From the NCBI GenBank assembly GCA_964010765.1, contig CAXGMD010000003.1, positions 27,885 to 91,884 of the forward strand: a stretch of 64,000 bases of DNA, written 5' to 3'. The number at the start of each line of letters is the position of its first letter. The first letter of the stretch is position 1. This DNA comes from an uncultured bacterium (GTDB lineage Bacteria > SAR324 > NAC60-12). The translations under genes and the position numbers were made by a program. The notes beneath the pieces were generated by a model, which was not told the origin of the DNA, did not search any database, and worked only from the letters and a program-made list of their open reading frames with translations. Below, in pieces: positions 1-10,147 of this stretch.

Positions 1-531
1 ACCGCAATGGAACCGCTAACGATTGGCTACCGGTCTACCTACGAAATTATGGAGGTTGCCAGGCATGTCATTGGCCACCTAAGCGTAAATACCGTATGGG
101 AAGCCACAAGACATGGTGCGCCTGTGGAACGGTTTGGCTTTCAGCATCCAGGAGTACTGATTGCGTTTCTAGTAGACAGTCTCGGCAGTTTACTGAGAAG
201 AGAACCTTCTGCGAGTGTGGTTGTACTTACCCGTGAGCTACCGGAGGCTAGAAAAATTGCAGAGCAGTTAGAGCGAGCCGAAATACCAGGATTACGATTG
301 GTTGCCGATCAGGATTTTTCTTTCAGGGCCGGAGTTGAAGTGACTGATATTTCACAAACCAAGGGACTTGAATTTGACTATGTACTCTTAGTCGACGCAG
401 ATGCTTCCACTTATGGCCCAGATGATCTATCTCGGCACTTGCTCTACGTCGGGATCACTCGTGCTGCTCATCAACTGTGGCTGCTTCATTGCGGTAACCC
501 ATCTTCTCTCCTTCCAGACACCCTCCGCTGA
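1..531 (+). CDS. UvrD/HelD-like superfamily 1 helicase, C-terminal part (5' end lies outside the window)
   Basis: Frame is open from base 1; motifs YRSTYEI, KGLEFDYVLL and LYVGITRA match SF1 helicase motifs IV-VI. Confidence 0.85.
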   Translation, partial: TAMEPLTIGYRSTYEIMEVARHVIGHLSVNTVWEATRHGAPVERFGFQHPGVLIAFLVDSLGSLLRREPSASVVVLTRELPEARKIAEQLERAEIPGLRLVADQDFSFRAGVEVTDISQTKGLEFDYVLLVDADASTYGPDDLSRHLLYVGITRAAHQLWLLHCGNPSSLLPDTLR

Positions 532-3500
532 AGTCTGTGATCGCCCTTCCAGCAAGCGAGAAAACAGTGGAATTTCTCGGGGTAATTTGGAGTCAGGTAG
601 TGGTAAGAAGACTTCTGCGTTGCGCTCCGTGACCTCTCCCTCTAGCAAGCCATTTTTATCATTTATATTGAGTGGAGGAGACGTCGCATAGCTTAGAAGT
701 AGCTTTCCTTCGAGCGACTTGAGATTGGGATGATAGATTCGTAGGCGTTCTTGGTACTCACGAGTCTGAATCAAGTAGTAGGCGATACGCGACCAAACTG
801 GCAGAGCTCCACTGGAACCTGTCAGGCGGAACCGGTTTGCAGTTGCTTCGGCTTCCCCAGGTCGATCTGAGCCAACATAGACGGCGATTGTGTAACCTCC
901 TTGAGTTTGCATTCCCTGTCGTGTTGGAACTGGCAGATGACCAACAAAGGTCGCATTTGAATAATTGTTGGCAGTTCCCGTTTTGCCCAGAGCAGGGATT
1001 TGTACTGTCACCTGTCTTCCATCTTCACGCACATACTCTGTTTGTAGAAAGCGTTTTGCTCTTCGACCTGTTCCATACTCAACTACTGAACGCATGATTT
1101 CTTGCAAAGCTCGATTGACACCGGGATCTAGAACGTTACGAGATTGATGATTCGCTGCGTAAATAGTTCTGCCCCCGGTATCCTCAATCCGTTGAATCAA
1201 TGACCAATGATTTTTGGGTGATGTGGAATCTCCAAAAACTTGACCCGTGGCCAGTGACTGATAGAGCATTGCAAGATCTTGTAGCGTTACGTCATTCGCA
1301 CCAAGCGGAAACGAAAGCACCGGCTGAAGTGAGCTCTCGACACCTAGGAGGGCTGCTACTTCCACCACTGTCTGTAGGGAAAGCAGCATCCTGAAGTCAT
1401 GATTCCAATAAAGACGTGCCGTTGAATAGGGCTCCTGGCGCAATAAATCCTGCTGACGTTGTTGCATCAAGTCTTCAAGTCCCTGAAAAATCGTGGAACG
1501 GATCTTTCCGTGTAACCAAATATTAGCTGGCGAAAAGAAGCGCTCTCGCTGATTCGAAGTCCAGACCTGATTGTACAAGCGGAAGCGATAGGGAGTTATG
1601 GGAACCCAGCCTTTTGTAAGATCACGAGGGTTCTCTGCGTAAGCTAATCGTGGGGGTATTGGGGTTTTATAAGGATCTGTCCGCAGCGCACTCTCATGAA
1701 CATAAAAGTTTTGGATCCACTCTCCTGCCACCTGATCATCAGTTTTAAAACTACCGTTGAGGAAAGCATCTTCTGTTTGTACCAGTTGCTGTCGCAATCG
1801 TTCTTGCACCTCCTGAAGGCGCAAAAAGTTATGTTCCAATAACTCTCTTTCGCGGCTTACACGCGCAGAACCCGAACGCAAGCGTGAGCGCACCTCAGCA
1901 CGCCAGTTCCGACCATGATAAAGATTGCGTAGCGCCTGCTCTTCTTCAGGTGGTTCAAAGGCAGTGTTGCGTAAAAGTTCCTGCCGAGCCGCCTCCATCA
2001 AGTACGGCTGCATTCGATACTGAGTGTCAATAATTCCATAAGTATCTCGCAACCGGACAACGTAATCTGCACGGCTCTCATTCTCTTCTCGTGCAAAGCG
2101 GGCAAATTCCATTAGTCGTTCGAACTGCTCTAGGTCCAAGTAATCAAGCAGGTGTTCCAGCAAGTAGATACTGGCTAGATTCTCTGAAAGCGCGCCAGCC
2201 CAGACCATCGAACTTTGATTATCTGGTGGATTATGATCGGGCTTGGGAATGTAGATTTCACCCTGCCATTGATAAACCCGATACTCATTGGACAAGGCCT
2301 CCAACGGATTCCAACCCAACTCCATTGCCACCATGTACAGTAGCAACTTAAAGGTTGATCCAGGTTGACGATAGGCCTGCATGGCCCTGTTGAATCCACG
2401 AGGGTCAAATCCACCTGCAAAAGCCCGAACCGCACCATCTTGCAAAACCATCACACCACCGTCGAGGGTTGGCTGCTGTTCAATGCTTGCCTGCCAAATA
2501 GATCCGTCGTTATCACGTTGATGCAAGGCCACTAGAATTGAGCCACCAGTTTTCAGGTTCTCAAGCGCTTGCTGAAAATCTTTTTTTCGAAGTTTGTTGG
2601 GTGCTTGTGGATTTATTCGACGGACGAACTCTTCCAACAATAAACCCCGCACTTCTGCCCGATCAGTTCCCACTTGAACCTTTACGCTCGGGTTATCTCC
2701 CAGCAACACCTCTTCAATTCGGCCAGTGTAGAAATTTCCTGATTCAGGTTGTAATGAGGATGGCTCTGGATTCGTGACTGGAGCAGCATAGCCATTGCGC
2801 TGAAATTCTAAGCGAGAGAGATGTCGCCGCAACTCAAACTGCGCAAGATATTGAAGATTGGGGTCAAGTGTCGTCTGAATGCGGAGTTCTCCCTTCTCCA
2901 CACCCTCAGCACCATAGTCCTGTAAAATGGAGTGAAATGGCTCCTCGTTCATCTGCTGGCGGACCACCTCAATCTGGTGATTGTCTTGATAACGGAAAGA
3001 CCCTTGTCGAAAAGCTACCAAATCCTGGGAAGCATCAAGGAAACGCTCCTCAGAGATGAGTTCCATTTCCAGCATATTCCGTAAGACATAGTCTCGACGC
3101 TCCGTTGCTCTCTCAACAATACGCTGTATTTCCTCTGGATTCTGGGTTCGGAATGGATTGTAGTTTGCCGGCCCCTTAACCGAACCGGCAATGAAGGCGA
3201 TCTCAGAAAGATTCAGGTCTGAGACATTTTTGTTGAAATAGTAACGGGCCGCTATCGCCAATCCCTGTCCTGTTCCATGCACGTGGAAGAGATTGGTATA
3301 GAATTCTAGAATATCTCTTTTGCTGTAGCGAGCTTCCAGCCGCAGAGCATCCAGTGTCTCTAGGGCCTTGTTTGCCCAACGATCCTCTCCGTGTTCTGGC
3401 CGGTGTTCAAACAAAAGTTCTGAAGTCTGCTGGGTGAGAGTACTACCTCCCTGAATAACACGCCCTGCAAGCAAATTAGCCCAAGACGCTCGAAGGATTC

Positions 3501-3855
3501 CAATAGGATCGACGCCGATATGCTGGTAAAAAGATTGGTCTTCACTGGCAATGATTGCGTCAAAGAATGCTTCTGGAATCACCGCATCCAGATCAGAATC
3601 AATCCGAGTTGGCTGGTTAGCCTGCAGGTAAAGAAGATGGACTTGATCGTAGAAGGCGCCTAATTTCGTGCGTTGATCACGATAGTAGACAGTTGTTTCG
3701 GTAAGCAGACGCTGCTGGATCGCTTTACGATCAAGATGAGGGGCAGGAGCTAGAAACACAAGATAGCCCAGTACTGCTGTACCAGTCAGCAGTACTAGAT
3801 TGATCAGCGTGAAGAGCCCGAAGCAGGCTTTGGCGACATATCGTGGAACTGACAA
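427..3855 (-). CDS. Class A penicillin-binding protein (PBP1A-like transglycosylase/transpeptidase), 1142 aa
   Basis: N-terminal TM helix; GT51 motifs EDQSFYQHIG and GGSTLTQQ; transpeptidase motifs STFK, SEN and KTG. Confidence 0.9.
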   Translation of the reverse strand: MSVPRYVAKACFGLFTLINLVLLTGTAVLGYLVFLAPAPHLDRKAIQQRLLTETTVYYRDQRTKLGAFYDQVHLLYLQANQPTRIDSDLDAVIPEAFFDAIIASEDQSFYQHIGVDPIGILRASWANLLAGRVIQGGSTLTQQTSELLFEHRPEHGEDRWANKALETLDALRLEARYSKRDILEFYTNLFHVHGTGQGLAIAARYYFNKNVSDLNLSEIAFIAGSVKGPANYNPFRTQNPEEIQRIVERATERRDYVLRNMLEMELISEERFLDASQDLVAFRQGSFRYQDNHQIEVVRQQMNEEPFHSILQDYGAEGVEKGELRIQTTLDPNLQYLAQFELRRHLSRLEFQRNGYAAPVTNPEPSSLQPESGNFYTGRIEEVLLGDNPSVKVQVGTDRAEVRGLLLEEFVRRINPQAPNKLRKKDFQQALENLKTGGSILVALHQRDNDGSIWQASIEQQPTLDGGVMVLQDGAVRAFAGGFDPRGFNRAMQAYRQPGSTFKLLLYMVAMELGWNPLEALSNEYRVYQWQGEIYIPKPDHNPPDNQSSMVWAGALSENLASIYLLEHLLDYLDLEQFERLMEFARFAREENESRADYVVRLRDTYGIIDTQYRMQPYLMEAARQELLRNTAFEPPEEEQALRNLYHGRNWRAEVRSRLRSGSARVSRERELLEHNFLRLQEVQERLRQQLVQTEDAFLNGSFKTDDQVAGEWIQNFYVHESALRTDPYKTPIPPRLAYAENPRDLTKGWVPITPYRFRLYNQVWTSNQRERFFSPANIWLHGKIRSTIFQGLEDLMQQRQQDLLRQEPYSTARLYWNHDFRMLLSLQTVVEVAALLGVESSLQPVLSFPLGANDVTLQDLAMLYQSLATGQVFGDSTSPKNHWSLIQRIEDTGGRTIYAANHQSRNVLDPGVNRALQEIMRSVVEYGTGRRAKRFLQTEYVREDGRQVTVQIPALGKTGTANNYSNATFVGHLPVPTRQGMQTQGGYTIAVYVGSDRPGEAEATANRFRLTGSSGALPVWSRIAYYLIQTREYQERLRIYHPNLKSLEGKLLLSYATSPPLNINDKNGLLEGEVTERNAEVFLPLPDSKLPREIPLFSRLLEGRSQTSAEGVWKERRWVTAMKQPQLMSSTSDPDVEQVPR

Positions 3856-3864
3856 GATCTCACA

Positions 3865-4212
3865 TCAGGTAGCAGGAAATTCATTTGCGTGAATCGGGTC
3901 ACTCTTGGCAGCCATGATGAAATCACTCTCCACCAAGCCATCAATCTTGTGTGTCCAATAGCTCACACGTACGTTGCGGAAGGATAGTATCAACTCAGGG
4001 TGATGACCTTCTGATTCTGCTAGATTCGCAATTAAATTCGTGAAACGAAGAGCTTCTTGGTAAGAGGGAAAGACATAATCTTTCTGAAGATGATGCTCGT
4101 TGATCATCTTCCAGCCATTTTGCAATTCTTGGAGTAGCACTTCTAGCGCATCTCCTTTAAGCGGTGGAACACCTCCACGGCAAGGCGCACACTGCCTTTG
4201 GGACAACTCCAT
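3865..4212 (-). CDS. phhB: Pterin-4-alpha-carbinolamine dehydratase
   Basis: CAPCRGG N-terminus, AESEGHHPEL, WTHKIDGL, DFIMAAK. Confidence 0.9.
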   Translation of the reverse strand: MELSQRQCAPCRGGVPPLKGDALEVLLQELQNGWKMINEHHLQKDYVFPSYQEALRFTNLIANLAESEGHHPELILSFRNVRVSYWTHKIDGLVESDFIMAAKSDPIHANEFPAT

Positions 4213-4332
4213 TATTCTCTTCTCCTTGAATTCGCTTGCTGCAAAATAAAGCCCACTGCAAACTATTGAAACACTTGTATTTTGCCTGGGCTAACCAGTA
4301 TTTCGCAAATCAATTCCCCTGCATTCAGAAAT

Positions 4333-5190
4333 ATGACAACTCCTCAATCTCACTATGTGTTGTGCTGTGAACGAGAACTCCATGTAGAAGTTTGGAATCC
4401 TGCTGCGAGTGAAACTCTGGTCCTTTGGCACGGATTGACACGTACAGGAAGAGACTTTCGCACACTGGCAACCCATCTCCCTCCACACTATCGCCTGCTA
4501 ATTCCTGATACTCTTGGACGAGGTCATTCGCAGTGGGCACAAGATCCAATAGTGGAATATACCGTCCCATTCTACATGAAACAGGCAGTTGCTTTGTTAG
4601 ACCATTTTCAGGTCGAGCGTTGTGGCTGGATCGGAACTTCGATGGGTGGGATCATGGGCATGCTGCTTGGAGCCACCAGTTTACATAAGCTCTTGGTGGG
4701 ACTAGTGATCAACGATATCGGTCCAGAGTTACCCACCGGAGCGATTCAGAGGATTGCGAGCTACGTTTCCAGGCCCCCAACTCTCAACAATTTTCAGGAA
4801 CTGAAGCAGTACTTTCAGCAGGTCTACCAACCGTTTGGGTGGCTTAGTGATCAGGAATGGCAGGAATTAGCAATTTCCTCAGCTAGGAGGAAAGATGATG
4901 GGAGATGGACCGTTCACTACGATGTACGTTTATCAGAACCCTTTGCCCAAGCGTCCCAAGGAAGAGATCTGTGGGAGATCTACGAGCAGATTTGTTGTCC
5001 AGTGATGATTCTTCGAGGTGAATTTTCCGATATACTGACTCCCAGTGTTGCAGAACAAATGACAACTAGGGGGCCAATGGGAAAGTTGTTTACCCTCCCG
5101 AACTGTGGACATGCACCCTATCTGAACACTCCCGAACAAATCGGTCTTCTAAAGAAATTTTTGCAGGAGATTTTCCACCAAGCTTCCTAA
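4333..5190 (+). CDS. Alpha/beta fold hydrolase
   Basis: HGLTR oxyanion motif, GTSMGG nucleophile elbow, GHAP catalytic His; ATG 4333 preferred over TTG 4282. Confidence 0.88.
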   Translation: MTTPQSHYVLCCERELHVEVWNPAASETLVLWHGLTRTGRDFRTLATHLPPHYRLLIPDTLGRGHSQWAQDPIVEYTVPFYMKQAVALLDHFQVERCGWIGTSMGGIMGMLLGATSLHKLLVGLVINDIGPELPTGAIQRIASYVSRPPTLNNFQELKQYFQQVYQPFGWLSDQEWQELAISSARRKDDGRWTVHYDVRLSEPFAQASQGRDLWEIYEQICCPVMILRGEFSDILTPSVAEQMTTRGPMGKLFTLPNCGHAPYLNTPEQIGLLKKFLQEIFHQAS

Positions 5191-6989
5191 GCAGCTGCCT
5201 GTAACCGCTGCGACCAGTTACAAGCTTGCTGGAGATACTCTTTCTCCCCGTCTTCATTGAGGAGTGGTGAAATCTCTTCCCAAACTCGCTTGTGATAGTG
5301 CTGCAACCAATTCCATTCGTCTTCTGTAAGCAGTTCTTCGCAGACTAGCTTACGCTCAAAGGGGATCAGGGTCAGTGTGTCAAAGCAAAGCCACTTTTTG
5401 CCATCTGGATGCCTAGGATGCTGGGTAGCTGACTGCACAACATAGAGATTTTCCAAGCGAACTCCTCCCCAACCCGTGCGATAGTACCCAGGCTCATTGG
5501 AAATGATCATTCCAGACCGAAAACCAACATCTCCAGCAAAGGCCGATATGCGTTGTGGCCCTTCATGCACTCCAAGGAAGGCTCCTACGCCGTGACCCGT
5601 TCCATGTCCAAAATCAAGTCCTTCATTCCATAACAAAGATCGAGTCACACCATCCAGCACCGCACCATTCGTACCCTCAGGAAAAACCTGGCGAGCCAGT
5701 CGAATATGTGCTTGCAGCACCCTCGTATAGCATCGTTGTTGCTCAGCATCAGGCTCTCCCCAGATCATCGTACGAGTCGCATCGGTTGTTCCTCCTCCAC
5801 ACTGAATTCCAGAGTCGACCAATAGGAATTCGCCATCTGTCAGAATTTTCTCTGCACTCGGATTGCTGTAATGAACAATCGCTGCGTTAGCACCAGCTCC
5901 AGCAATTGTTTCAAAGCTCAAATCTGCAAAATCTGGTCGTTTCTCATAGTAGCTACGTAGCCATCCAGCATATTGTTGTTCACTTACCTTTTCACTATTC
6001 CGCTCAGCTTGCTTCAATCTAGCAAGACTCTGAACTTTTCCAACTGCTGCCTGTCGGTGAGCGTAGCGAATACGCTGCAATTCGACTTCATTCTTCAGAG
6101 CACGTGGCATGATAACTGGACTTTCTGCTTCCAATACCTGGGCAGATTGATCTTGTAATAATAGCAAGGTGCCCATTGTAACCCCCTGTGGGTCCAACCA
6201 AACATACGCAGAATCATCCGCTGCTAAATGCTTCAAGGTGGGAGCGTAGTCCTCATATGGATAGAACGTCCAATCCGTTAGTGATTTTAGTTCTGTGCTA
6301 GTAGGAAAATGACAAAAGCAGATTGCTTCTGTCTTGGAAATCAGCGCATAGGATTCGAAGACTGGATTACAAGGAACGTCCTTTCCCCGCAAATTAGTCA
6401 ACCAGGCAATCTCATCTAGCTGGGTCAACAATAAATGTGTAGCCTGATGTTTATCTAGTTGGTCACGCAATTCTGTCAATTTTTCTAAGGTGGAACGACC
6501 CGTCCAAGAAAGTGGCAACAAATTAGGTTCTACCCGTTCAGGCATCGCAATTGATCCGGTCTGATCAACTAAGTTACCAAGCACTGGTACCAACTCCGAC
6601 TGGCAGTTCATCAACGCCTGCGACCAACGTCGCCAACTCCGTGGGCTAACTGTAAACGGATCTACTCCGAAACGACATCCAATCGATTGCCCTGCGAGCC
6701 ATTCCACGACGTCTGGAACTCCGGCGAGCCCTAGTTTTCGGATTTCAAAATGATCTCCGCTTTGCGCATCTGCTTGAATATAGTAGCGAGAGTCTACAAA
6801 AAGCTGCGATCGTCCTTCCCGCAGAACAATCGCAATGCCAGCAGATCCATTGAATCCGCTCAATGCTTCCAAACGACGATGGTGCAGAGGCACATACTCG
6901 TTCAGGTGCTCATCTGTCGTTGGTACTAAATAGCCATCTAATTCAGATTCCTGAATCAACTTCTGTAGCTGAGACAGACGACTGGACAT
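5187..6989 (-). CDS. Xaa-Pro aminopeptidase (aminopeptidase P family, M24B)
   Basis: DEHLNEY, DSG..GGTTDATRT, HGTGHGVG..VHEGP, SNEPGYY, GVRLEN. Confidence 0.93.
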   Translation of the reverse strand: MSSRLSQLQKLIQESELDGYLVPTTDEHLNEYVPLHHRRLEALSGFNGSAGIAIVLREGRSQLFVDSRYYIQADAQSGDHFEIRKLGLAGVPDVVEWLAGQSIGCRFGVDPFTVSPRSWRRWSQALMNCQSELVPVLGNLVDQTGSIAMPERVEPNLLPLSWTGRSTLEKLTELRDQLDKHQATHLLLTQLDEIAWLTNLRGKDVPCNPVFESYALISKTEAICFCHFPTSTELKSLTDWTFYPYEDYAPTLKHLAADDSAYVWLDPQGVTMGTLLLLQDQSAQVLEAESPVIMPRALKNEVELQRIRYAHRQAAVGKVQSLARLKQAERNSEKVSEQQYAGWLRSYYEKRPDFADLSFETIAGAGANAAIVHYSNPSAEKILTDGEFLLVDSGIQCGGGTTDATRTMIWGEPDAEQQRCYTRVLQAHIRLARQVFPEGTNGAVLDGVTRSLLWNEGLDFGHGTGHGVGAFLGVHEGPQRISAFAGDVGFRSGMIISNEPGYYRTGWGGVRLENLYVVQSATQHPRHPDGKKWLCFDTLTLIPFERKLVCEELLTEDEWNWLQHYHKRVWEEISPLLNEDGEKEYLQQACNWSQRLQAAA

Positions 6990-7020
6990 TTATAAATCTC
7001 TTTTGATTTGCGATTAGTTT

Positions 7021-7048
7021 GTGTTGGCCTTCAAGGCCAACACTTTTT
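7021..7048. terminator. Intergenic hairpin with a T-tract on the + strand
   Basis: GTGTTGGCCT-TCA-AGGCCAACAC-TTTTT; perfect 10-bp stem. Confidence 0.5.
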
Positions 7049-7066
7049 GGGGAATGTAGGGAACAA

Positions 7067-7495
7067 TCAGAATAGTTTGATCGGTGATTTAACACCTTCG
7101 GTAGGATAACGCGGGCGTGGGCGACTAGATGGACGTGTCCCGTATTCAGGCTTTACTCTGAATGGATTGAAGTTCCGGCGTTGCGTATCATCATCTTCCA
7201 ACACAGATCGTCGGAGCGAACCGTAGTTCAGTGGATAAACCGGCGGACTTCCCGTATTGCTCTCCAACATGCTGTTCACTGAACGGCCCCTACGAACCTC
7301 AGCTTGGTATGCTTGATCATAGTAGCCACTTTGATAACCAGCACGAGACTGTGTTCGATGCTGCTGAAGTTGCTCATAGTTAATGCCTGGGCTTCGCGGC
7401 GCCATTGGCTTTCCACCGGTGATTCTTCGAGCTTCAGCTTCCTGTACTCCAAGATAGAGCAACACAAAGCACATCCATACAATCCATGGTTTCAT
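7067..7495 (-). CDS. Hypothetical exported, low-complexity protein
   Basis: Start at ATG 7495 gives a signal peptide (MKPWIVWMCFVLLYLGVQEAEA); the remainder is R/P/Y/Q-rich. Confidence 0.6.
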   Translation of the reverse strand: MKPWIVWMCFVLLYLGVQEAEARRITGGKPMAPRSPGINYEQLQQHRTQSRAGYQSGYYDQAYQAEVRRGRSVNSMLESNTGSPPVYPLNYGSLRRSVLEDDDTQRRNFNPFRVKPEYGTRPSSRPRPRYPTEGVKSPIKLF

Positions 7496-7585
7496 AATCC
7501 TATCTCTCTTCTTGGATTTCGATTTATGATAAAAGATGTGCAAATACCAAACAAATATTTTACCACCTTCTTCTATCGAAGATCT

Positions 7586-8182
7586 TTAGGTTAGACTACG
7601 AATCAAATCAATAGCCCATTCTTCTTCCTGATAAGCAGAAGAATCTGCAGCCACACCACCTTGTGAAATCAGAATTTCAGGGGCTTGGTCCAATGGCGGC
7701 TGTGTGGGCTTAGTACGCTTCGCGGCTGTACGAGGAACTATCATCCGGACTTCTTCTTCGCGCAGCGTCTGGATCATCTCACGCATCTTATAGCTGCGCA
7801 TCAATTGACCCAGTATGCGTTTGGTGTAAAGATCCAGAAGATTAGGCCCCTCACGATGGAAAAGAGCAAACCATTGTAACGGTTCTTGTGTATGGATCAT
7901 CGCTGTACCATTGAAAAGCGGAAGAAAGGTCGCTGGCACCTCATCATTCCAAGCAATCAATGTACAGTCGCCAAAAGCCTGTTCCGGCGTTGCATGGTCA
8001 TCTAAAAGCGTTTGAAGCAACTGCGGCGCAATATTGGGATAGGGCGTCAACAGGTTTCGCAGATGATCTCGGCGATTTCCTTGTTGCCAGGCTTCTACGC
8101 AATGCGCCTCACACTCTCCCTCAACATGGCAGATTGGACAAACGAGATCTATTCGACTGGTGATCTGACGTTGATTGATCAT
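7586..8182 (-). CDS. Hypothetical protein with an N-terminal Cys/His cluster
   Basis: CPICHVEGECEAHC; ATGA overlap with the miaB stop codon. Confidence 0.65.
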   Translation of the reverse strand: MINQRQITSRIDLVCPICHVEGECEAHCVEAWQQGNRRDHLRNLLTPYPNIAPQLLQTLLDDHATPEQAFGDCTLIAWNDEVPATFLPLFNGTAMIHTQEPLQWFALFHREGPNLLDLYTKRILGQLMRSYKMREMIQTLREEEVRMIVPRTAAKRTKPTQPPLDQAPEILISQGGVAADSSAYQEEEWAIDLIRSLT

Positions 8183-9519
8183 TTTGACAGTGGTTCTGCT
8201 TCCAGCAGGTAGGTTTTGGCTCCAGTGATCTGAACTGGCACTAATTCTCCTGGTTCAGCGGCACAGTTTGCAATCGCAACCGAATGGTAACCTCGACTCC
8301 TTCCGTTGAGTCGATTTGGGTCCTTCAAATAAGGGCCTTCGACCAAGACCTCCTGCGAACTACCGATCAAAGCCTTGTTTTTGGCTTTTACAATCGGTTC
8401 CTGTAATTCCAATAGCCGGCGCAATCTCTCGATCTTGACCTCTTCTGGCAACTGTCCCGAATATGCCGCCGCAGGTGTATCTGGCCGTGGGGAATACTTA
8501 AATGCGAAGATCTGGTCATAATGGACGGTTTGGATCGCTTGCAAAGTCTGTTCGAAATCCTCTTCTGTTTCACCAGGAAAGCCAACAATCATATCAGTTG
8601 ATAACGTTCCCTGTGGTACGTAGCGGCGATACAAGGCTACTTTTTCCAGATATTTTTCCAAGGTATACCAGCGACGCATTCGACGCAGCACACGATCTGA
8701 ACCCGACTGCAGAGGTAGATGGAGTTGTTCACATAAACTGGGCAACTCAGCAAATCCTTCCGCAAGTTCTTCTCGAAAATCTTTAGGATGTGGTGAAGTA
8801 AATCTTATGCGTTGCAATCCTTCAATCTTATCCATTCGCCTTAGCAATTCGACAAAATCGACACCATCTGCCTTGTACGAATTGACGTTCTGCCCAAGTA
8901 AACAAATTTCACGAACTCCCTGAGCAACCAGATTTCTAGCTTCCTGCAAAATATTTTTTGGTTCCCGACTCACTTCCAAACCCCGTGTCACTGGGACAAT
9001 ACAAAAAGAGCAAAAATTATTACACCCTTTGGTAATCGCAAGATGAGCTTTCAGGCTAGCTCCTTTTGATAAAGAAACTTCCTCTGGGATAAAATTTCTG
9101 ACTTTTTGACGAGGAGCTACACGATTCGTCCTTGCGATACGCTCTCCCTGAGCAACTTCTGCTAAAAGTTCAGGGAGTTCGAATAAATTATCTGTACCAA
9201 AGACCAAATCGACACTGCGTTCTCTTACAAGAATTTGCTGACCTTCCTGTTGTGCAACACACCCACCAACTCCAATTTTCAGCTTAGGATTAGCTTGTTT
9301 CAGTTTCCGCAGCCTGCCTAGCAAGCTATAAACTTTTTGTTCTGCCTTATCTCGAACAGAACAGGTATTCAGCAGAATCAAGTCAGCTTCTCCAGCCTCA
9401 TCTGTGTACTGATAATTTTCCTGATTCAAGATTTCGAGCATCTTATCGCTATCGTACTCGTTCATCTGACAACCAAAGGTTGCTATGTGCACCTTACGTT
9501 GAGGCAAAGTCGATTTCAT
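8179..9519 (-). CDS. miaB: tRNA 2-methylthio-N6-dimethylallyladenosine synthase
   Basis: TFGCQMNEYDS, NTCSVR, radical SAM CNNFCSFC, C-terminal TRAM domain. Confidence 0.96.
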   Translation of the reverse strand: MKSTLPQRKVHIATFGCQMNEYDSDKMLEILNQENYQYTDEAGEADLILLNTCSVRDKAEQKVYSLLGRLRKLKQANPKLKIGVGGCVAQQEGQQILVRERSVDLVFGTDNLFELPELLAEVAQGERIARTNRVAPRQKVRNFIPEEVSLSKGASLKAHLAITKGCNNFCSFCIVPVTRGLEVSREPKNILQEARNLVAQGVREICLLGQNVNSYKADGVDFVELLRRMDKIEGLQRIRFTSPHPKDFREELAEGFAELPSLCEQLHLPLQSGSDRVLRRMRRWYTLEKYLEKVALYRRYVPQGTLSTDMIVGFPGETEEDFEQTLQAIQTVHYDQIFAFKYSPRPDTPAAAYSGQLPEEVKIERLRRLLELQEPIVKAKNKALIGSSQEVLVEGPYLKDPNRLNGRSRGYHSVAIANCAAEPGELVPVQITGAKTYLLEAEPLSK

Positions 9520-9542
9520 GAAATGGTCAAATTGGTTAAGTA

Positions 9543-9938
9543 TTAGGCTAATTCAACAGACTGCAACGGACTTAGACCCATTTCTGCGGCACAGATAGAG
9601 CATGCGACATCCTGTAGATCCTGAGGATATTCCACATAGTGAGACTTACCATTATTTTGCCAGAGTGTCTCCTCGAGTTGTAAGCCGTGGGCTGTTGGAC
9701 GAACAAACTCGTACCATTCTGTGCGATACAAGTTCTGCAAGCTTTTCAGCACAAAGTATTGGCCACTCTCATCCCTGAATCCACGATCAGGCTGAGCCAT
9801 TGCTTTCGACTCCTCAGTACGTTCTAAGATCGCTCTAAAGTCAAATTTACCCCATAAGAAATGAACCGAAGGCGTAACAGGATCGCGATCAACTTGAAAA
9901 ACAAAATAGTTTTGACGTCGGAATGTATAAGAATTCAA
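9543..9938 (-). CDS. Hypothetical protein
   Basis: 131-aa ORF co-oriented with miaB, GAGG upstream of a TTG start; no family recognised. Confidence 0.55.
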   Translation of the reverse strand: MNSYTFRRQNYFVFQVDRDPVTPSVHFLWGKFDFRAILERTEESKAMAQPDRGFRDESGQYFVLKSLQNLYRTEWYEFVRPTAHGLQLEETLWQNNGKSHYVEYPQDLQDVACSICAAEMGLSPLQSVELA

Positions 9939-10147
9939 TGTAGCCTCTTTTACTCAGTACCAGTGGACTCAAATTTGATTAAATTGACCTAATGGATCTC
10001 TTTTTTGCAAGAAAAACTTTAGTCTACAAGCTGAATTAAAGCGAAAAACTCTTTTCTCTTTTGTGTCATTTATCTTGCAAGAAATCAGGTATATAGGAAT
10101 GATTTTTTGATTAATCCATTCACAAAAATGCTCTCTTCAAAGAGACA

